Origin: Squalus acanthias
Taxonomy: Eukaryota
Length of the DNA stretch: 64,000 nt
Direction: 5' to 3'
Assembly (NCBI GenBank): GCA_030390025.1
Contig: JASTWF010000364.1
Span: forward strand, 186,001-250,000
Shown: piece by piece, positions 1 through 15,546 of the stretch
Layout: each line of letters starts with the position of its first letter
Numbering within the stretch: the first letter of the stretch is position 1
Program-made: the position numbers and the translations under genes
Notes under the pieces: generated by a model
Told to the model about the DNA's origin: nothing
Database searches by the model: none
The model's input: the letters and a program-made list of their open reading frames with translations, nothing else

Positions 1-3000
1 CACACCGTGCGTTACTGGGTATAACGCTCCTGTATATATTATATAATAACACCGTGCGTTACTGGGTATAACAGCTCCTGTATATATTATATAATAACAC
101 ACCGTGCGTTACTGGGTATAACGCTCCTGTATATATTATATAATAACACACCGTGCGTTACTGGGTATAACGCTCCTGTATATATTATATAATAACACAC
201 CGTGCGTTACTGGGTATAACGCTCCTGTATATATTATATAATAACACACCGTGCGTTACTGGGTATAACGCTCCTGTATATATTATATAATAACACACCG
301 TGCGTTACTGGGTATAACACTCCTGTATATATTATATAATAACACACCGTGCGTTACTGGGTATAACACTCCTGTATACATTATATAATAACACACTGTG
401 TGTTACTGGGTATAACACTCCTGTATATATTATATAATAACACACCGTGTGTTACTGGGTATAACACTCCTGTATATATTATATAATAACACACCGTGTG
501 TTACTGGGTATAACACTCCTGTATATATTATATAATAACACACCGTGCGTTACCGGGTATAACGCTCCTGTATATATTATATAATAACACACCGTGCGTT
601 ACTGGGTATAACACTCCTGTATATATTATATAATAACACACTGTGTGTTACTGGGTATAACACTCCTGTATATATTATATAATAACACACCGTGCGTTAC
701 TGGGTATAACGCTCCTGTATATATTATATAATAACTCACCGTGCGTTACTGGGTATAACGCTCCTGAAATATTATATAACACACCGTGCGTTACTGGGTA
801 TAACGCTCCTGTAAATATTATATAACACACCGTGCGTTACTGGGTATAACGCTCCTGTATATATTATATAATAACACACCGTGCGTTACTGGGTATAACA
901 CTCCTGTATATATTATATAATAACACACCGTGTGTTACTGGGTATAACACTCCTGTATATATTATATAATAACACACCGTGTGTTACTGGGTATAACACT
1001 CCTGTATATATTATATAATAACACACCGTGCGTTACTGGTATAACACTCCTGTATATATTATATAACACGCCGTGCGTTACTGGGTATAACGCTCCTGTA
1101 TATATTATATAATAACACACCGTGTGTTACTGGGTATAACGCTCCTGTATATATTATATAATAACACACCGTGTGTTACTGGGTATAACGCTCCTGTATA
1201 TATTATATAATAACACACCGTGCGTTACTGGGTATAACGCTCCTGTATATATTATATAATAACACACCGTGTGTTACTGGGTATAACGCTCCTGTATATA
1301 TTATATAATAACACACCGTGCGTTACTGGGTATAACGCTCCTGTATATATTATATAATAACACACCGTGTGTTACTGGGTATAACGCTCCTGTATATATT
1401 ATATAATAACACACCGTGCGTTACTGGGTATAACGCTCCTGTATATATTATATAATAACACACCGTGCGTTACTGGGTATAACGCTCCTGTATATATTAT
1501 ATAATAACACACCGTGCGTTACTGGGTATAACGCTCCTGTATATATTATATAATAACACACCGTGTGTTACTGGTATAACGCTCCTGTATATATTATATA
1601 ATAACACACCGTGCGTTACTGGGTATAACGCTCCTGTATATATTATATAATAACACACCGTGCGTTACTGGGTATAACGCTCCTGTATATATTATATAAT
1701 AACACACCGTGCGTTACTGGGTATAACGCTCCTGTATATATTATATAATAACACACCGTGCGTTACTGGTATAACGCTCCTGTATATATTATATAATAAC
1801 ACACCGTGCGTTACTGGGTATAACGCTCCTGTATATATTATATAATAACACACCGTGCGTTACTGGGTATAACGCTCCTGTATATATTATATAATAACAC
1901 ACCGTGCGTTACTGGGTATAACGCTCCTGTATATATTATATAATAACACACCGTGCGTTACTGGGTATAACGCTCCTGTATATATTATATAATAACACAC
2001 CGTGCGTTACTGGGTATAACGCTCCTGTATATATTATATAATAACACACCGTGCGTTACTGGGTATAACGCTCCTGTATATATTATATAATAACACACCG
2101 TGCGTTACTGGGTATAACGCTCCTGTATATATTATATAATAACACACCGTGCGTTACTGGGTATAACGCTCCTGTATATATTATATAATAACACACCGTG
2201 CGTTACTGGGTATAACGCTCCTGTATATATTATATAATAACACACCGTGCGTTACTGGGTATAACGCTCCTGTATATATTATATAATAACACACCGTGCG
2301 TTACTGGGTATAACGCTCCTGTATATATTATATAATAACACACCGTGCGTTACTGGGTATAACACTCCTGTATATATTATATAATAACACACCGTGCGTT
2401 ACTGGGTATAACACTCCTGTATATATTATATAATAACACACTGTGTGTTACTGGGTATAACACTCCTGTATATATTATATAATAACACACTGTGTGTTAC
2501 TGGGTATAACACTCCTGTATATATTATATAATAACACACCGTGTGTTACTGGGTATAACACTCCTGTATATATATTATATAATAACACCCCGTGCGTTAC
2601 CGGGTATAACGCTCCTGTATATATTATATAATAACACACCGTGCGTTACTGGGTATAACACTCCTGTATATATTATATAATAACACACTGTGTGTTACTG
2701 GGTATAACACTCCTGTATATATTATATAATAACACACCGTGCGTTACTGGGTATAACGCTCCTGTATATATTATATAATAACACACCGTGCGTTACTGGG
2801 TATAACGCTCCTGTATATATTATATAACACACCGTGCGTTACTGGGTATAACGCTCCTGTATATATTATATAACACACCGTGCGTTACTGGGTATAACGC
2901 TCCTGTATATATTATATAATAACACACCGTGCGTTACTGGGTATAACACTCCTGTATATATATTATATAATAACACACCGTGTGTTACTGGGTATAACAC

Positions 3001-6000
3001 TCCTGTATATATTATATAATAACACACCGTGTGTTACTGGGTATAACACTCCTGTATATATTATATAATAACACACCGTGCGTTACTGGTATAACACTCC
3101 TGTATATATTATATAACACGCCGTGCGTTACTGGGTATAACGCTCCTGTATATATTATATAATAACACACCGTGCGTTACTGGGTATAACGCTCCTGTAT
3201 ATATTATATAATAACACACCGTGCGTTACTGGGTATAACGCTCCTGTATATATTATATAATAACACACCGTGCGTTACTGGGTATAACGCTCCTGTATAT
3301 ATTATATAATACACACCGTGCGTTACTGGGTATAACGCTCCTGTATATATTATAATAACACACCGTGCGTTACTGGGTATAACGCTCCTGTATATATTAT
3401 ATAATAACACACCGTGCGTTACTGGGTATAACGCTCCTGTATATATTATATAATAACACACCGTGCGTTACTGGGTATAACGCTCCTGTATATATTATAT
3501 AATAACACACCGTGCGTTACTGGGTATAACGCTCCTGTATATATTATATAATAACACACCGTGCGTTACTGGGTATAACGCTCCTGTATATATTATATAA
3601 CACACCGTGCGTTACTGGGTATAACGCTCCTGTATATATTATATAATAACACACCGTGCGTTACTGGGTATAACGCTCCTGTATATATTATATAATAACA
3701 CACCGTGCGTTACTGGGTATAACGCTCCTGTATATATTATATAATAACACACCGTGCGTTACTGGGTATAACGCTCCTGTATATATTATATAATAACACA
3801 CCGTGCGTTACTGGGTATAACGCTCCTGTATATATTATATAATAACACACCGTGCGTTACTGGGTATAACGCTCCTGTATATATTATATAATAACACACC
3901 GTGTTACTGGGTATAACGCTCCTGTATATATTATATAATAACACACCGTGTGTTACTGGGTATAACGCTCCTGTATATATATTATATAATAACACACCGT
4001 GTGTTACTGGGTATAACGCTCCTGTATATATTATATAATAACACACCGTGTGTTACTGGGTATAACACTCCTGTATATATTATATAATAACACACCGTGC
4101 GTTACTGGGTATAACGCTCCTGTATATATTATATAATAACACAGCGTGTGTTACTGGGTATAACGACTCTGTATATATTATATAATAACACACCGTGCGT
4201 TACTGGGTATAACACTCCTGTATATATTATATAATAACACACCGTGTGTTACTGGGTATAACGCTCCTGTATATATTATATAATAACACACCGTGTGTTA
4301 CTGGGTATAACACTCCTGTATATATTATATAATAACACACTGTGTGTTAACGGGTTTAACGCTCCTGCATATATTATATAATAACACACTGTGTGTTACT
4401 GGGTGTAACGCTCCTGTATATATTATATAATAACACACCGTGCGTTACTGGGTGTAACGCTGCTGTCTATATTATATAATAACACACCGTGTTACTGGGT
4501 ATAACGCTCCTGTATATATTCTATAATAACACACCGTGTGTTACCGGGTATAACGCTCCTGTATATATTATATAATAACACACCGTGTGTTACCGGGTGT
4601 AACGCTCCTGTATATATCATATACTAACACACCGTGCGTTACCGGGTGTAACGCTCCTGTATATATCAAATACTAACACACCGTGCGTTACCGGGTGTAA
4701 CGCTCCTGTATATATCATATACTAACACACCGTGCGTTACCGGGTGTAACGCTCCTGTATATATCATATAATAACACACCGTGCGTTACTGGGTATAACG
4801 CTCCTGTATATATTATATAATAACACACCGTGCGTTACTGGGTATAACGCTCCTGTATATATTATATAATAACACACCGTGCGTTACTGGGTATAACACT
4901 CCTGTATATATTATATAATAACACACCGTGTGTTACTGGGTATAACGCTCCTGTATATATTATATAATAACACACCGTGCGTTACTGGGTATAACGCTCC
5001 TGTATATATTATATAATAACACACCGTGCGTTACTGGGTATAACGCTCCTGTATATATTATATAATAACACACCGTGCGTTACTGGGTATAACGCTCCTG
5101 TATATATTATATAATAACACACCGTGCGTTACTGGGTATAACGCTCCTGTATATATTATATAATAACACACCGTGCGTTACTGGGTATAACGCTCCTGTA
5201 TATATTATATAATAACACACCGTGCGTTACTGGGTATAACGCTCCTGTATATATTATATAATAACACACCGTGCGTTACTGGGTGTAACGCTCCTGTAAA
5301 TATTATATAACACACCGTGCGTTACTGGGTGTAACGCTCCTGTATATATCATATACTAACACACCGTGCGTTACTGGGTGTAACGCTCCTGTATATATCA
5401 TATAATAACACTCCGTGCGTTACTGGGTGTAACGCTCCTGTATATATCATATAATAACACACCGTGCGTTACTGGGTGTAACGCTCCTGTATATATCATA
5501 TAATAACACACCGTGCTTTACTGGGTATAACGCTCCTGTATATATTATATAATAACACACCGTGCGTTACTGGGTATAACGCTCCTGTATATATTATATA
5601 ATAACACACCGTGCGTTACTGGGTATAACGCTCCTGTATATATTATATAATAACACACCGTGCGTTACTGGGTATAACGCTCCTGTATATATTATATAAT
5701 AACTCACCGTGCGTTACTGGGTATAACGCTCCTGTAAATATTATATAACACACCGTGCGTTACTGGGTATAACGCTCCTGTATATATTATATAATACACC
5801 GTGCGTTACTGGGTATAACGCTCCTGTATATATTATATAATAACACACCGTGCGTTACTGGGTATAACGCTCCTGTATATATTATATAATAACACACCGT
5901 GCGTTACTGGGTATAACGCTCCTGTATATATTATATAATAACACACCGTGCGTTACTGGGTATAACGCTCCTGTATATATTATATAATAACACACCGTGC

Positions 6001-9000
6001 GTTACTGGGTATAACGCTCCTGTAAATATTATATAATAACACACCGTGCGTTACTGGGTATAACACTCCTGTATATATTATATAATAACACACCGTGCGT
6101 TACTGGGTATAACACTCCTGTATACATTATATAATAACACACTGTGTGTTACTGGGTATAACACTCCTGTATATATTATATAATAACACACCGTGTGTTA
6201 CTGGGTATAACACTCCTGTATATATTATATAATAACACACCGTGTGTTACTGGGTATAACACTCCTGTATATATTATATAATAACACCCCGTGCGTTACC
6301 GGGTATAACGCTCCTGTATATATATTATATAATAACACACCGTGCGTTACTGGGTATAACACTCCTGTATATATTATATAATAACACACCGTGTGTTACT
6401 GGGTATAACACTCCTGTATATATTATATAATAACACACCGTGTGTTACTGGGTATAACACACCTGTATATATATTATATAACACACCGTGCGTTACTGGG
6501 TATGACGCTCCTGTATATATTATATAACACACCGTGCGTTACTGGGTATAACGCTCCTGTATATATTATATAATAACACACCGTGCGTTACTGGGTATAA
6601 CGCTCCTGTATATATTATATAATACACCGTGCGTTACTGGGTATAACGCTCCTGTATATATTATATAATAACACACCGTGCGTTACTGGGTATAACGCTC
6701 CTGTATATATTATATAATAACACACCGTGTGTTACTGGGTATAACGCTCCTGTATATATTATATAACACACCGTGCGTTACTGGGTATAACGCTCCTGTA
6801 TATATTATATAATAACACACCGTGCGTTACTGGGTATAACGCTCCTGTATATATTATATAATAACACACCGTGCGTTACTGGGTATAACGCTCCTGTATA
6901 TATTATATAATAACACACCGTGCGTTACTGGGTATAACGCTCCTGTATATATTATATAATAACACACCGTGCGTTACTGGGTATAACGCTCCTGTATATA
7001 TTATATAACACACCGTGCGTTACTGGGTATAACGCTCCTGTATATATTATATAATAACACACCGTGCGTTACTGGGTATAACGCTCCTGTATATATTATA
7101 TAATAACACACCGTGCGTTACTGGGTATAACGCTCCTGTATATATTATATAATAACACACCGTGCGTTACTGGGTATAACGCTCCTGTATATATTATATA
7201 ATAACACACCGTGCGTTACTGGGTATAACGCTCCTGTATATATTATATAATAACACACCGTGCGTTACTGGGTATAACGCTCCTGTATATATTATATAAT
7301 AACACACCGTGCGTTACTGGGTATAACGCTCCTGTATATATTATATAATAACACACCGTGCGTTACTGGGTATAACGCTCCTGTATATATTATATAATAA
7401 CACACCGTGCGTTACTGGGTATAACGCTCCTGTATATATTATATAATAACACACCGTGCGTTACTGGGTATAACGCTCCTGTATATATTATATAATAACA
7501 CACCGTGCGTTACTGGGTATAACGCTCCTGTATATATTATATAATAACACACCGTGTGTTACTGGGTATAACACTCCTGTATATATTATATAATAACACA
7601 CCGTGTGTTACTGGGTATAACACTCCTGTATATATTATATAATAACACACCGTGTGTTACTGGGTATAACACTCCTGTATATATTATATAATAACACACC
7701 GTGCGTTACTGGGTATAACACTCCTGTATATATTATATAATAACACACCGTGCGTTACTGGGTATAACGCTCCTGTATATATTATATAATAACACACCGT
7801 GCGTTACTGGGTATAACGCTCCTGTATATATTATATAATAACACACCGTGCGTTACTGGGTATAACGCTCCTGTATATATTATATAATAACACACCGTGC
7901 GTTACTGGGTATAACACTCCTGTATATATTATATAACACACCGTGCGTTACTGGGTATAACGCTCCTGTATATATTATATAACACACCGTGCGTTACTGG
8001 GTATAACGCTCCTGTATATATTATATAATAACACACCGTGCGTTACTGGGTATAACGCTCCTGTATATATTATATAATAACACACCGTGCGTTACTGGGT
8101 ATAACGCTCCTGTATATATTATATAATAACACACCGTGCGTTACTGGGTATAACGCTCCTGTATATATTATATAATAACACACCGTGCGTTACTGGGTAT
8201 AACGCTCCTGTATATATTATATAACACACCGTGCGTTACTGGGTATAACGCTCCTGTATATATTATATAATACACCGTGCGTTACTGGGTATAACGCTCC
8301 TGTATATATTATATAATAACACACCGTGCGTTACTGGGTATAACGCTCCTGTATATATTATATAATAACACACCGTGCGTTACTGGGTATAACGCTCCTG
8401 TATATATTATATAATAACACACCGTGCGTTACTGGGTATAACGCTCCTGTATATATTATATAATAACACACCGTGCGTTACTGGGTATAACGCTCCTGTA
8501 TATATTATATAATAACACACCGTGTGTTACTGGGTATAACACTCCTGTATATATATTATATAATAACACACCGTGTGTTACTGGGTATAACACTCCTGTA
8601 TATATTATATAATAACACACCGTGTGTTACTGGGTATAACACTCCTGTATATATTATATAATAACACACCGTGCGTTACTGGGTATAACACTCCTGTATA
8701 TATTATATAATAACACACCGTGCGTTACTGGGTATAACGCTCCTGTATATATTATATAATAACACACCGTGCGTTACTGGGTATAACGCTCCTGTATATA
8801 TTATATAATAACACACCGTGCGTTACTGGGTATAACGCTCCTGTATATATTATATAATAACACACCGTGCGTTACTGGGTATAACGCTCCTGTATATATT
8901 ATATAATAACACACCGTGCGTTACTGGGTATAACGCTCCTGTATATATTATATAATAACACACCGTGCGTTACTGGGTATAACGCTCCTGTATATATTAT

Positions 9001-12000
9001 ATAATAACACACCGTGCGTTACTGGGTATAACGCTCCTGTATATATTATATAATAACACACCGTGCGTTACTGGGTATAACGCTCCTGTATATATTATAT
9101 ATAACACACCGTGCGTTACTGGGTATAACGCTCCTGTATATATTATATAATAACACACCGTGCGTTACTGGGTATAACGCTCCTGTATATATTATATAAT
9201 AACACCGTGCGTTACTGGGTATAACGCTCCTGTATATATTATATAATAACACACCGTGCGTTACTGGGTATAACGCTCCTGTATATATTATATAATAACA
9301 CACCGTGCGCTACTGGGTATAACGCTCCTGTATATATTATATAATAACACACCGTGTGTTACTGGGTATAACACACCTGTATATATATTATATAATAACA
9401 CAACGTGTGTTACTGGGTATAACACTCCTGTATATATTATATAATAACACACCGTGCGTTACTGGGTATAACGCTCCTGTATATATTATATAATAACACA
9501 CCGTGCGTTACTGGGTATAACGCTCCTGTATATATTATATAATAACTCACCGTGCGTTACTGGGTATAACGCTCCTGTAAATATTATATAACACACCGTG
9601 CGTTACTGGGTATAACGCTCCTGTATATATTATATAACACACCGTGCGTTACTGGGTATAACGCTCCTGTATATATTATATAATAACACACCGTGCGTTA
9701 CTGGGTATAACGCTCCTGTATATATTATATAATAACACACCGTGCATTACTGGGTATAACGCTCCTGTATATATTATATAATAACTCACCGTGCGTTACT
9801 GGGTATAACGCTCCTGTATATATTATATAACACACCGTGCGTTACTGGGTATAACGCTCCTGTATATATTATATAATAACACACCGTGCGTTACTGGGTA
9901 TAACGCTCCTGTATATATTATATAATAACACACCGTGCGTTACTGGGTATAACGCTCCTGTATATATTATATAATAACACACCGTGCGTTACTGGGTATA
10001 ACGCTCCTGTATATATTATATATAACACACCGTGCGTTACTGGGTATAACGCTCCTGTATATATTATATAATAACACACCGTGCGTTACTGGGTATAACG
10101 CTCCTGTATATATTATATAATAACACACCGTGCGTTACTGGGTATAACGCTCCTGTATATATTATATAATAACACGCCGTGCGTTACTGGGTATAACGCT
10201 CCTGTATATATTATATAATAACACACCGTGCGTTACTGGGTATAACGCTCCTGTATATATTATAATAACACACCGTGCGTTACTGGGTATAACGCTCCTG
10301 TATATATTATATAATACACACCGTGCGTTACTGGGTATAACGCTCCTGTATATATTATATAATAACACACCGTGCGTTACTGGGTATAACGCTCCTGTAT
10401 ATATTATATAATAACACACCGTGCGTTACTGGGTATAACGCTCCTGTATATATTATATAATAACACACCGTGCGTTACTGGGTATAACGCTCCTGTATAT
10501 ATTATATAATAACACACCGTGCGTTACTGGGTATAACGCTCCTGTATATATTATATAATAACACACCGTGCGTTACTGGGTATAACGCTCCTGTATATAT
10601 TATATAATAACACACCGTGCGTTACTGGGTATAACGCTCCTGTATATATTATATAATAACACACCGTGCGTTACTGGGTATAACGCTCCTGTATATATTA
10701 TATAATAACACACCGTGCGTTACTGGGTATAACGCTCCTGTATATATTATATAATAACACACCGTGCGTTACTGGGTATAACACTCCTGTATATATTATA
10801 TAATAACACACCGTGCGTTACTGGGTATAACACTCCTGTATATATTATATAATAACACACCGTGTGTTACTGGGTATAACACTCCAGTATATATATTATA
10901 TAATAACACCCCGTGCGTTACCGGGTATAACGCTCCTGTATATATTATATAATAACACACCGTGCGTTACTGGGTATAACACTCCTGTATATATTAAATA
11001 ATAACACACCGTGCGTTACTGGGTATAACGCTCCTGTATATATTATATAACACACCGTGCGTTACTGGGTATAACGCTCCTGTATATATTATATAATAAC
11101 ACACCGTGCGTTACCGGGTATAACGCTCCTGTATATATTATATAATAACACACCGTGTGTTACTGGGTATAATGCTCCTGTATATATTATACAATAACAC
11201 ACCGTGCGTTACTGGGTATAACGCTCCTGTATATATTATATAATAACACACCGTGCGTTACTGGGTATAACGCTCCTGTATATATTATATAATAACTCAC
11301 CGAGCGTTACTGGGTATAACGCTCCTGTAAATATTATATAACACACCGTGCGTTACTGGGTATAACGCTCCTGTAAATATTATATAACACACCGTGCGTT
11401 ACTGGGTATAACGCTCCTGTATATATTATATAATAACTCACCGTGCGTTACTGGGTATAACGCTACTGTATATATTATATAATAACACACCGTGCGTTCC
11501 TGGGTATAACGCTCCTGTATATATTATATAATAACTCACCGTGCGTTACTGGGTATAACGCTCCTGTAAATATTATATAACACACCGTGCGTTACTGGGT
11601 ATAACGCTCCTGTAAATATTATATAATAACACGCCGTGCGTTACTGGGTATAACGCTCCTGTAAATATTATATAATAACTCACCGTGCGTTACTGGGTAT
11701 AACGCTCCTGTAAATATTATATAATAACTCACCGTGCGTTACTGGGTATAACGCTCCTGTATATATTATATAATAACTCACCGTGCGTTACTGGGTATAA
11801 CGCTCCTGTAAATATTATATAACACACCGTGCGTTACTGGGTATAACGCTCCTGTATATATTATATAATACACCGTGCGTTACTGGGTATAACGCTCCTG
11901 TATATATTATATAATAACTCACCGTGCGTTACTGGGTATAACGCTCCTGTATATATTATATAATAACACACCGTGCGTTACTGGGTATAACGCTCCTGTA

Positions 12001-15000
12001 TATATTATATAATAACACACCGTGCGTTACTGGGTATAACGCTCCTGTATATATTATATAATAACTCACCGTGCGTTACTGGGTATAACGCTCCTGTATA
12101 TATTATATAATAACACACCGTGCGTTACTGGGTATAACGCTCCTGTATATATTATATAATAACACACCGTGCGTTACTGGGTATAACGCTCCTGTATATA
12201 TTATATAATAACACACCGTGCGTTACTGGGTATAACGCTCCTGTATATATTATATAATAACACACCGTGCGTTACTGGGTATAACGCTCCTGTATATATT
12301 ATATAATAACACACCGTGTGTTACTGGGTATAACGCTCCTGTATATATTATATAATAACACACCGTGCGTTACTGGGTATAACGCTCCTGTATATATTAT
12401 ATAATAACACACCGTGTGTTACTGGGTATAACGCTCCTGTAAATATTATATAATAACACACCGTGCGTTACTGGGTATAACACTCCGTTATATATTATAT
12501 AATAACACACCGTGCGTTACTGGGTATAACACTCCGTTATATATTATATAATAACACACCGTGTGTTACTGGGTATAACACTCCAGTATATATATTATAT
12601 AATAACACCCCGTGCGTTACCGGGTATAACGCTCCTGTATATATATTATATAATAACACACCGTGCGTTACTGGGTATAACACTCCTGTATATATTAAAT
12701 AATAACACACCGTGCGTTACTGGGTATAACGCTCCTGTATATATTATATAATAACACACCGTGCGTTACTGGGTATAACACTCCTGTATATATTATATAA
12801 TAACACACCGTGCGTTACTGGGTATAACGCTCCTGTATATATTATATAATAACACACCGTGCGTTACTGGGTATAACGCTCCTGTATATATTATATAATA
12901 ACACACCGTGTGTTACTGGGTATAACACTCCTGTATATATTATATAACAACACACCGTGCGTTACTGGGTATAACACTCCTGTATATATTATATAATAAC
13001 ACACCGTGTGTTACTGGGTATAACGCTCCTATATATTTTATATAATAACACGCTGTGTTACTGGGCATAACGCTCCTGTATATATTATATAATAACACAC
13101 CGTGCGTTACTGGGTATAACGCTCCTGTATATATTATATAATAACACACCGTGTGTTACTGGGTATAACGCTCCTGTATATATTATATAATAACACCCCG
13201 TGTTACTGGGTATAACGCTCCTGTATATATTATATAATAACACACCATGTGTTACTGGGTATAACGCTCCTGTATATATTATATAATAACACACCATGCG
13301 TTACTGGGTACAACGCTCCTGTATATATTATATAATAACACACCATGCGTTACTGGGTATAACGCTCTTGTATATATTATATAATAACACACCGTGCGTT
13401 ACTGGGTATAACACTCCTGTATATATTATATAATAACACACCGTGTATTACTGGGTATAACGCTCCTGTATATATTGTATAATAACACACCGTGCGTTAC
13501 TGGGTATAACGCTCCTGTATATATTATATAATAACACACCGTGCGTTACTGGGTATAACGCTCCTGTATATATTATATAATAACACACCGTGCGTTACTG
13601 AGCATAATGCTCCTGTATATATTAGATAATAACACGCTGTGTGTTACTGGGTATAACGCTCCTGTATATATTATATAACACACCATGCGTTACTGGGTAT
13701 AACGCTGCTGTATATATTATGTAATAACACACCGTGCGTTACCGGGTATAACGCTCCTGTATATATTATATAATAACACACCGTGCGTTACTGGGTATAA
13801 CGCTCCTGTATATATTATATAATAACACACCGTGCGTTACTGGGTATAACGCTCCTGTATATATTATATAATAACACACCGTGTATTACTGGGTATAACG
13901 CTCCTGTATATATTGTATAATAACACACCGTGCGTTACTGGGTATAACGCTCCTGTATATATTATATAATAACACGCCGTGCGTTACTGGGTATAACGCT
14001 CCTGTATATATTATATAATAACACACCGTGTGTTTCTGGGTATAACACTCCTGTATATATTATATAACAACACACCGTGCGTTACTGGGTATAACACTCC
14101 TGTATATATTATATAATAACACACCGTGTGTTACTGGGTATAACGCTCCTATATATTTTATATAATAACACGCTGTGTTACTGGGCATAACGCTCCTGTA
14201 TATATTATATAATAACACACCGTGCGTTACTGGGTATAACGCTCCTGTATATATTTTCTAAAAACACACCGTGTATTACTGGGTATAACGCTCCTGTATA
14301 TATTATATAATAACACCCCGTGTTACTGGGTATAACGCTCCTGTATATATTATATAATAACACACCATGTTTTACTGGGTATAACGCTCCTGTATATATT
14401 ATATAATAACACACCATGCGTTACTGGGTACAACGCTCCTGTATATATTATATAATAACACACCATGCGTTACTGGGTATAACGCTCTTGTATATATTAT
14501 ATAATAACACACCGTGCGTTACTGGGTATAACACTCCTGTATATATTATATAATAACACACCGTGTATTACTGGGTATAACGCTCCTGTATATATTGTAT
14601 AATAACACACCGTGCGTTACTGGGTATAACGCTCCTGTATATATTATATAATAACACACCGTGCGTTACTGGGTATAACGCTCCTGTATATATTATATAA
14701 TAACACACCGTGCGTTACTGAGCATAATGCTCCTGTATATATTAGATAATAACACGCTGTGTGTTACTGGGTATAACGCTCCTGTATATATTATATAACA
14801 CACCATGCGTTACTGGGTATAACGCTGCTGTATATATTATGTAATAACACACCGTGCGTTACCGGGTATAACGCTCCTGTATATATTATATAATAACACA
14901 CCGTGCGTTACTGGGTATAACGCTCCTGTATATATTATATAATAACACACCGTGCGTTACTGGGTATAACGCTCCTGTATATATTATATAATAACACACC

Positions 15001-15102
15001 GTGTTACTGGGTATAACGCTCCTGTATATATTATATAATAACACGCTGTGTGTTACTGGTTATAACACTCCTGTATATATTATATAATAACACACCGTGT
15101 GT
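1..15102. repeat. 49-bp tandem satellite, consensus CACACCGTGCGTTACTGGGTATAACGCTCCTGTATATATTATATAATAA, roughly 300 copies, open at the left window edge
   Basis: Period read directly (CACACCG at 98 and 147). Units are near-identical. Variants are mostly CpG transitions and 2-3 nt indels in the TA tract. The array ends at ~15102 (cacaccgtgtgtaac). Confidence 0.98.
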
Positions 15103-15189
15103 AACAAACTCTTTAATAAAGAAGCCCGAAGCCAGGGTGCAATGCCCGGAGATCCTGCTCCGCCATTATTACGGATTATCGGGGTGGAC

Positions 15190-15546
15190 TCGCCCCTCTA
15201 TATCTCTGTAACCTCCTCCCGCCCCACAACCCTCCAAAATCTCTGCGCTCCTCCAATTCTGGCCTCTTGAGCATCCCCGAATTCCATCCCTCCACCATTG
15301 GCCGCCGTGCCTTCAGCTGCCTGGGCCCTGAGCTCTGGAATTCCCTCCCCAAACCTCTCCGCCTCTCTCTCCTCCTTTAAGATGCTCCTTAAAACCTCCC
15401 TCTTTGACCAAGCTTTATGTCACTTGTCCCTAATAGCTCCTTATGTGGCTTTGTGTCAAATTTTGTTTGATAATCGCCCCTGTGAAGCACCTTGTGACAT
15501 TTTACTACATCAAAGGCGCTGGATAAATCCAAGTTGCTGTTGTTGT
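15190..15546 (+). mobile_element. 3' end of an L2-clade LINE (end of ORF2 plus 3' tail ending in TGT repeats)
   Basis: Contains GGCCGTGCCTTCAGC (GRAFS), CTCTGGAATTCCCTCCC (LWNSLP) and TTTAAGATGCTCCTTAAAACC (FKMLLKT), which are typical L2 C-terminal motifs. These are followed by AAAGGCGCTGGATAAATCCAAGTTGCTGTTGTTG. Confidence 0.75.

Noticed and set aside
3204..14417. Short ORFs MCYYIIYTGALYPVTHG...
   Set aside because: Translations of the 49-bp satellite, opened by local indels.
1..15102. CRISPR-like array (palindromic repeat at regular spacing)
   Set aside because: No unique spacers, since the whole 49-bp unit repeats. No cas genes, and the context is vertebrate.
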